IMG/VR virus record: IMGVR_UViG_3300033182_000674
Span: 155,677 to 219,676 of that record
Reading direction: 5' to 3' (one strand)
Length of the DNA stretch: 64,000 nucleotides
Made by a program: the position numbers and the translations under genes. The notes below the pieces were generated by a model. That model was not told where the DNA came from. It was given only the letters and a program-made list of their open reading frames with translations, and did not search any database. This document shows positions 29,647 through 36,400 of this stretch, piece after piece; the first letter of the stretch is position 1; each line of letters opens with the position of its first letter.

Positions 29647-30606
29647 TTATCTTCTGCCACGCGAACCATGACAAGAACTATGACAGCTCGAATGACAAAC
29701 ATCTGTTTGAATAGCTAAATCAGCTGTAGTAGATTGTGCAACCTGCTCCCAAGCGCTTTTTAGAGCATTAAAGTAATTTTCAAGTACACCTGCGGTTATA
29801 ACATAACCTTCTTCAACGCGCATAATCCCATTAATAGCATGTATTCCACCGGTCCAATTTGCTTTTACTTGTCCTACATCAGTTAAATATGAATCATCTA
29901 ATAATGCGTATTTGGTTTCATCAAATGCGATACCAGGATTAGCATAAGTTCCCTTATTTCCGCCTCCGCCAGTTACATTTAATTTAACATTCATTGTTCT
30001 AACACGAGTATATCTATTTGTTTCCCATAATATAGCTTTCCATATTACATATGCTGCAATTGGATTTTCTACTCGCTCAACAATCATATCACCTTGATCA
30101 TCTAAAATTGGTTCAATTGTTAAAATACCATCTGCTGCAGTATCTGCTTGTGCTTGAGCTTTAAATGCTTTTTCAACTGTTGAGAACTTCTCAGTTAAAC
30201 ATCTAGCATACCAATATTGTAAACCACCAATTTCAGCATCACGTTGTAAGTGTGTATTATATAACTTAGCTACTTTATCAACTAATGCTGGACCAGTACC
30301 AGTTTCATATAATAACCAGTCTTCTCTTGGACCATGCGGTAGTGGTCCGTCCCACATTGTAAGATATGTGCCATCTGATTTGCGTATTTTGGCTTTATAA
30401 AAAGTACCTAAAACAAACCAAGACCCATCACTTGGAATTACTTGAGTTATAGGTGTGCCCCAACCGCTAAAGGTAAATCCTTCATACGGTAAATTGTTAG
30501 CAGACCAGACATTAGGATCAGTATGAAAACTATAAACTGCTTTCGCATAATCTAAAAATCTTGGTACAATTTCTTCTTTTTTAACAGGATTAGTTAAACT
30601 CGCCAT
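29647..30606 (-). CDS. Putative modification substrate / precursor protein with C-terminal CHSSCHSSCHGSRGRR (319 aa)
   Basis: Directly downstream of and overlapping an rSAM/SPASM gene; terminal (C-H-x-S)x3 motif; internal DUF4214-like segment. The CDS is secure; the substrate role is inferred. Confidence 0.7.
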   Translation of the reverse strand: MASLTNPVKKEEIVPRFLDYAKAVYSFHTDPNVWSANNLPYEGFTFSGWGTPITQVIPSDGSWFVLGTFYKAKIRKSDGTYLTMWDGPLPHGPREDWLLYETGTGPALVDKVAKLYNTHLQRDAEIGGLQYWYARCLTEKFSTVEKAFKAQAQADTAADGILTIEPILDDQGDMIVERVENPIAAYVIWKAILWETNRYTRVRTMNVKLNVTGGGGNKGTYANPGIAFDETKYALLDDSYLTDVGQVKANWTGGIHAINGIMRVEEGYVITAGVLENYFNALKSAWEQVAQSTTADLAIQTDVCHSSCHSSCHGSRGRR

Positions 30607-31630
30607 TTTGTTTATCCAAATGAATCATTAATAGTTTAGGTGCAGGACAGACATCGCCTTCCCACGGTAATTGGTGGCAATCTCCACCACAATATTTAAA
30701 TACAGGACATGAAAAACATTTAGGATTTCTTCCTCGTTCTTCAGCTATATTTTGTAATCTTCTAGGACTATTTATAAGGTTTTCTATAGAATCGTTTATA
30801 TGACCAAATTGAAATGTTGGCGCAGAATTAGGACAACCTGAAATAGTACCAGTTGCATTAATGGTGAAGATCTTTTCTTCGCAATCTCTACAGAAAGTAC
30901 CACATGTATTTAATCCATTTTCAAACTTAGCATATACATCTTCAAGGAATGAATTTTCAAACCAATTTCTTGCACCAACTTCTTCTGATTGTAAATGCAT
31001 TTTTAAGAACCATTCATTAATTTCCATATTGGATGGGAATATATCTGGATGCTGATTTGCATTACCATCTCTTGTTAATCTTTCAAATGAAACTTCTTGA
31101 ACACCAAGCTCTTTACAAAACTCTAATACTTTAATTGGTTCCATGTTTATTAGTCCTTTTGTAACACTAATAAACATTCTAATTGTTACGCCACGTTTTA
31201 ATAATGATTTAACATTTTTATGCCATAGATTATATTGTCTATCATTATCAAATCGAATATCTGGATCCCATGATGTACCAATACGATTATTTAAACACTC
31301 TTCAATAAATGAATAATGCTCATCATACATTTTAAATGTTAAATTTGATGTAATGCCCCATGACATATCAAGCCATAAGTCTTTACACTCATTATAGACT
31401 TTACGCATTTCAGAGACATGAACAAGAAAAGGCTCACCACCATGAAATTCACAATGAGCCGTATCTAATAAATTAGGTCTATGTTGTCTAAAACGCTTTA
31501 ACCAATCTGCTATTTTATTTGGATTCCAATATTTCTTTGGACCGTTGATTCCATTCGTAAAGCAATGACGGCAATTAAGATTACACGTTTCAGTTGTCTT
31601 TAGGTAGAACATCCATTGCATCATCAGCAT
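30590..31630 (-). CDS. Radical SAM/SPASM protein (346 aa; start may be 31624)
   Basis: KTTETCNLNCRHCF, FHGGEPF, SPASM-like CGTFCRDC...SGC...CFSCPVFKYCGGDC...C; AAGGA lies 5 nt before ATG 31624. Confidence 0.92.
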   Translation of the reverse strand: MLMMQWMFYLKTTETCNLNCRHCFTNGINGPKKYWNPNKIADWLKRFRQHRPNLLDTAHCEFHGGEPFLVHVSEMRKVYNECKDLWLDMSWGITSNLTFKMYDEHYSFIEECLNNRIGTSWDPDIRFDNDRQYNLWHKNVKSLLKRGVTIRMFISVTKGLINMEPIKVLEFCKELGVQEVSFERLTRDGNANQHPDIFPSNMEINEWFLKMHLQSEEVGARNWFENSFLEDVYAKFENGLNTCGTFCRDCEEKIFTINATGTISGCPNSAPTFQFGHINDSIENLINSPRRLQNIAEERGRNPKCFSCPVFKYCGGDCHQLPWEGDVCPAPKLLMIHLDKQNGEFN

Positions 31631-32111
31631 CCTTTAGTTTGTTTTGTATAAAATTTTCAAGTCCAAAACTTAACATTAATGATTCATAGTAATTTGTTGC
31701 GCAATGAGGTGTGTTTGCTGGTATAAAAATAGATTCACCTTCATTTAATATAACTTCATCATTTCCAACAATTAATGTTTTAGTTCCTTCTACACAAAGC
31801 ATATAAACATCATCTGGATCTTTATGCATTGGAAATGAGTATGCATCTTTAGTTGCATAAAAAGCATGACATGTCACTGGACCATTATGTTCGTAATGTA
31901 ATGCTAATTCCTTACAATAATCAAATATCTCTTGATTATATTTTTCTAAACTTTCAATCTTTATAGTGGCGTGGCTATATTTTGATAATTCAAGAGAACT
32001 TTCAAGAACGGTATTTCTACCTTCATCATCTATAATAGACACAATCCTTTCTTCGTAAGGAATCAAATCTTTATTATATAATATTTCAACCAAATTGTAA
32101 ACTGAAAACAT
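31590..32111 (-). CDS. JmjC/cupin-type oxygenase (173 aa)
   Basis: SFPMHKDPDDVYMLCVEGTKTL and GESIFIPANTPHCA: HxD...H triad in a JmjC (YcfD/ROX-like) context. Confidence 0.85.
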   Translation of the reverse strand: MFSVYNLVEILYNKDLIPYEERIVSIIDDEGRNTVLESSLELSKYSHATIKIESLEKYNQEIFDYCKELALHYEHNGPVTCHAFYATKDAYSFPMHKDPDDVYMLCVEGTKTLIVGNDEVILNEGESIFIPANTPHCATNYYESLMLSFGLENFIQNKLKDADDAMDVLPKDN

Positions 32112-32125
32112 GACAAATTCTTTCG

Positions 32126-33235
32126 TTATAATTTAAGAATACATTCAACTAATTTTAAAGCTTCGCTATAATTATCTTCTAACGCAATACCAACTAATCT
32201 TCCAGTACCATTTACAGAAGCTATACCATTACTTGATACATATACACCTTCACCTTTCTTAACTGGATCAGTAACTTTAACAGGAACTCGACCAACTAGT
32301 GCAAGAGGTACACCACCTTCTAATTCACTATTCATAAGAACAGCTGGCTTTTCAGAGATAACACCCACAGGACACACTGTTGCATTGGCTGCGGTTACTT
32401 CTTTTTCTCCACCAACCATCATTACTGTACCAACTTCATATTCTTCATCTGGTAAATATTTCTCAGCCAAGTCAGCGTATTGAGCAAATTGAGCAACACC
32501 AGACATAAAGGTAATGTATGCATTAGAAAATGGACTACCGGCTGTACCGATTTGACGACCAGATCCTGATGCTTTAATATTGGCCGCCATTGTGACGTCA
32601 TCATTAAATGTTTTTAAGCTATTAATCGCTTGATTAACATCCGTATACACAACACCTGATGGCATTACCGCACGATCTAATTGCGCGCCTGATGTGGCAA
32701 TCTTACTAATTGGAATAGTAGGTAATAAAGCTAAATCAAATGTTTCACCAAAAGAAGCTGATGTTCTAGATGCAGGTAACGACGGAATAGTATTCAAATA
32801 TAGAACACCTGTGTCGATCCAACTCGCATCTAATAATGGAATTCTACCACGGCCTAATACACCAGAATTAATTTTATTTGCATCTAATGATGGAATTCTT
32901 AGTGGATCAAATTGACCAGTAGTAATTTTTGCTGCACTTAAACTAGGAATATCGGTTTCTTGTAATACATCACATGTATATGTAAAGACAGCATTAGATG
33001 GATCATATGTTAAATTACTATATGTTCCTTGACCATTTTTTGTAACAGTAAATAAGTTTTTCGCTTCGGTTTCAGTGATAAACTTAGTTTCCATTGAATT
33101 AATTGCGTCAACAATAGTAACATCAGTATCAGTAATTAGATTATCTAAATCACCAACCCATGTGCTAAGACAATTCGTCTTTTGACGCCATGCTTCTAGC
33201 GAATTACTTAAATCAACATATATCGTTCTAGCCAT
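32126..33235 (-). CDS. Fibre protein with C-terminal peptidase G2-like autoproteolytic chaperone (369 aa)
   Basis: LEAWRQKTN N-terminus, IPSLDANKINSG repeats, C-terminal YADLAEKY...GVISEKPAVLMN...ALVGRVPVKV...KGEGVYVS...VGIALED. Confidence 0.75.
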   Translation of the reverse strand: MARTIYVDLSNSLEAWRQKTNCLSTWVGDLDNLITDTDVTIVDAINSMETKFITETEAKNLFTVTKNGQGTYSNLTYDPSNAVFTYTCDVLQETDIPSLSAAKITTGQFDPLRIPSLDANKINSGVLGRGRIPLLDASWIDTGVLYLNTIPSLPASRTSASFGETFDLALLPTIPISKIATSGAQLDRAVMPSGVVYTDVNQAINSLKTFNDDVTMAANIKASGSGRQIGTAGSPFSNAYITFMSGVAQFAQYADLAEKYLPDEEYEVGTVMMVGGEKEVTAANATVCPVGVISEKPAVLMNSELEGGVPLALVGRVPVKVTDPVKKGEGVYVSSNGIASVNGTGRLVGIALEDNYSEALKLVECILKL

Positions 33236-33458
33236 TCTGATGTACCTTTTGAATTAATTCCTTAAGAAGATCTTTAATTTCTCCAACCTCTGTTTTTAAA
33301 TTTTCAAGATCTTGTTTTTCTTGTTTCCTAGCTTGTTTAATTTCCTTTAATCTATCTATTTCAGATTGATTATCACATAATATAGCATTTGTTTTAGGAT
33401 CACGATATAAACCACTATGATCCTTGACTGGTATTAACCTATCACGTATATCACTCAT
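33228..33458 (-). CDS. Conserved small hypothetical protein of T4-like phages (76 aa)
   Basis: Track start 33476; ATG at 33458 follows the DUF4815 stop (TAA-T-ATG); LYRDPKTNAIL motif plus coiled-coil C-terminus. Confidence 0.7.
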   Translation of the reverse strand: MSDIRDRLIPVKDHSGLYRDPKTNAILCDNQSEIDRLKEIKQARKQEKQDLENLKTEVGEIKDLLKELIQKVHQNG

Positions 33459-33459
33459 A

Positions 33460-36400
33460 TTAATTTGCCAATGCAATTGCTCTTAAATCTCTTACCACTG
33501 GTACTTTACCCATAGTAGTTGAAGTAAAGACTAGTTTTAATTGGAAGGTATCAAAATCATCAAGTGTTCCATCAACACCACCAATTGTATATTCATAGTC
33601 TCTGAAAATATTTTTATTTTCATCTGATGGTACTAACGAATCAGGTGTTGCTAATGTCCACTCTTTCTCATAAATACCGTCTGAACCTTGAGTTGTTCTA
33701 TAATAGACATCCATTCTACATACAGAAGGTCTGTTTGCAGCAATCAAAACTTTTAAACCACTTGCATTATTCAATAATGATACTGGTTTAGTTATGTGTT
33801 TAGCTGCTGCTGAACCACCTGTTGCAGAAGTTTCTGGTACAAAACCAATAACTTCATTATATCCATTACCTGTTCCTGGATTATCTATAACATTTTCAAT
33901 CATAGTTAAACTTGCACGTTGCATATCAACAACAGGTGAAACATATTTGTTAGACGATGTCATATTAACTGTAACAATCGCAGACTTAGATACCGCATTA
34001 TAAGATGCAGGATTTTCTTGACCTCTATCTCTAATTACTCTTGGATAATTGTCTAATGGATTATCTTCATTATTAATTAAACTAAAGTGTTCAGTTGGAT
34101 CTTGCGCATATAAACTTTCTTGACCAGCATATGATTGAGTCGAAGTAAACTGACCTTTTAAATTATATGCAGAGCCAGTTGGTTCCAATACAGCAATTGC
34201 TGGTTGAACAGAATTGAATGCAAAACATTGTGTTACAACAACCGAGTTACCACCAACAGGTGTAGGAGCAATAGGACTAGGTGGTGTGACACTAAATCCA
34301 GCAGGCTTATCAATTGTATAACCTGTATGATCTACTTTAACAATAGTATGATCATCATTCAATGCATTTAATCCAGATATAACAGAATTATCAACACCGT
34401 CAATTGTTACAGTATTACCAACTTGGAATCCATGTCCTGGATGTAAAATCTTGATATATTGAGGATTTGTTTCAGTTGGATCATCATCCCACCATAATAC
34501 AATAGGATCAAATTGTAATAACTTACGAGGAGGAGAATGATTAACAAGAACAGCTTTACCTGATGCATTATCACCAAAGTTTGCTTTGTGTAAATCAAAC
34601 TTAAGATCTTCCCACTGTAATGCTTCCCAAGTCGATGCATTTTGAGATTTAAATAATGAACCATAGAATGCTTGCTTAGAAATTCTCTTTTCAGTTGTTC
34701 CTAATTCAAACTCACCAACTTTAGACATCCATACTTTATATGCTGGTGTTACAGTTTGAACCATAACTGCATATTCAGTATTACCTTTAAGATATACTGG
34801 CTCATCAAATTCAAAGTCAGTACCAACAGTAGCATCTGCTGAAGTAACAACATCACTAGACTGTAATAGCTTATATGAACCAGGAAGAATATCAGTAGAT
34901 GAAGGATAACCATTAACCATTGGTCTTAGTTGTACCCATACTGGATTTTCATCTTTAGATTCAAAATAAACAGTAACTTTAGTTGCAAACATACCTGCAG
35001 GATCTGTTACTTTAAATGATTGTGCAATTGGATCGCCACCATCACCGTCACCTGGATCAGGTTGGAAGTTAGTCCAATTAACAGAACTTTCAACAACAGA
35101 TGTTTCTACACCAGTTACTTCTAAATGACGAGTTGAAAGAATATCTTTTTGACGTGTATGTAAATAACCAGTTGAAGTAAAGATAGTCTTTGCTTTACTA
35201 ATTGCATCTTTTTCTTTAGGTATAGAAATATCTAATAATTTAAATTCATTCTCACCTGTTCTAAATCTTCTAGTATTATTATTAGGAATAAAGAAGACAC
35301 CTTCAACAGTACCTTGAGCATCAGTATATAGTTCATCAGCTCCACCAGGAATTGCTTGAGCTAAGTCATAAATATTACCTGGTTCAATCTTATCTGCGTC
35401 AATATTAGCATTCATCATTTCAATTGCTTTACGAGAGAATGATTCTCTTCTACACCAAGATGAAACATCAGCATTATCAAAGAATGGCCACACTCTAGTG
35501 TTAGGCATTAAGCCTTCACCTTTAAATGAAACATAGCGTGATCTCATAAATGGAATTAAGTCAACACTTACTTCACGATCACCAATTTCTTCATGTACAA
35601 TATTAGAACTTGTAATTGTATTAACAACTGTTGTAACAGTATCATCTCTCCACGATGTTGTGCGAGTACCACCGCCTTCTCTGTTACTTGTTTGTCTATT
35701 GGTACTACCAGTAACATGAGTTTGACTAACAGAGTCACCTACACTTAATTGATTCGGATCTACGCCGTGCCAGTTAAAGTTCCAATCATTCCATCTTAAT
35801 GCACCTTCGTAATGAACAACTGTGCCATTATCAATAATGTTTGGATCCATGTACTCTGTAACATGCCATGTATCAGATGCTGGTGATAATGTAATATGAC
35901 CAGGATAATCTAATGTCATATATGGATTAACTTGAATAGTCGAGTTTGCTTGATCATGTGAGATCGCAACTTCTTCAGTATAATCTAAATAAACATTATC
36001 ACCTTTAAGTACAGTATTAGATGATAGGTTTGGTTCAAAATATAAACCAATATGCTTTGATAGATATCCAGGACGAACGTTCTTATTTAGAATATCAATA
36101 GACGCTCTATATTCAGGATTTCTTGTATCTGCATTATATCCTGATGCAAAATTATCAACAAAGAAACCAGACTTAGCTCTATTACGGCCATCAGCATCCA
36201 ATACATCAATATTTTTAGTATCTAATTCTAATAATGATAATGCTGTTGTTCTTTCGATTTGAGTAATTCTCTTATCCAATTTACCGATATCACGCATCGT
36301 ATAACGACGATTATCGATCATTGTATAATCTACATAATCAGGACCAGAAACATTACCTGGCATATCAATAGTATATAATGCCATTGAGTTATCTGGCGTT

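Noticed and set aside
29647-29697. CHSSCH as a c-type heme attachment motif
   Set aside because: Spacing is CxxxCH rather than CxxCH, and the protein has no signal peptide to reach periplasmic heme-attachment machinery; not excluded but less likely than an rSAM substrate
23963-31630. rSAM genes as QueE, NrdG or DNA-hypermodification enzymes
   Set aside because: No queC/queD/folE, nrdD or nucleotide kinase/transferase neighbours; C-terminal SPASM-like Cys clusters and late structural context point elsewhere
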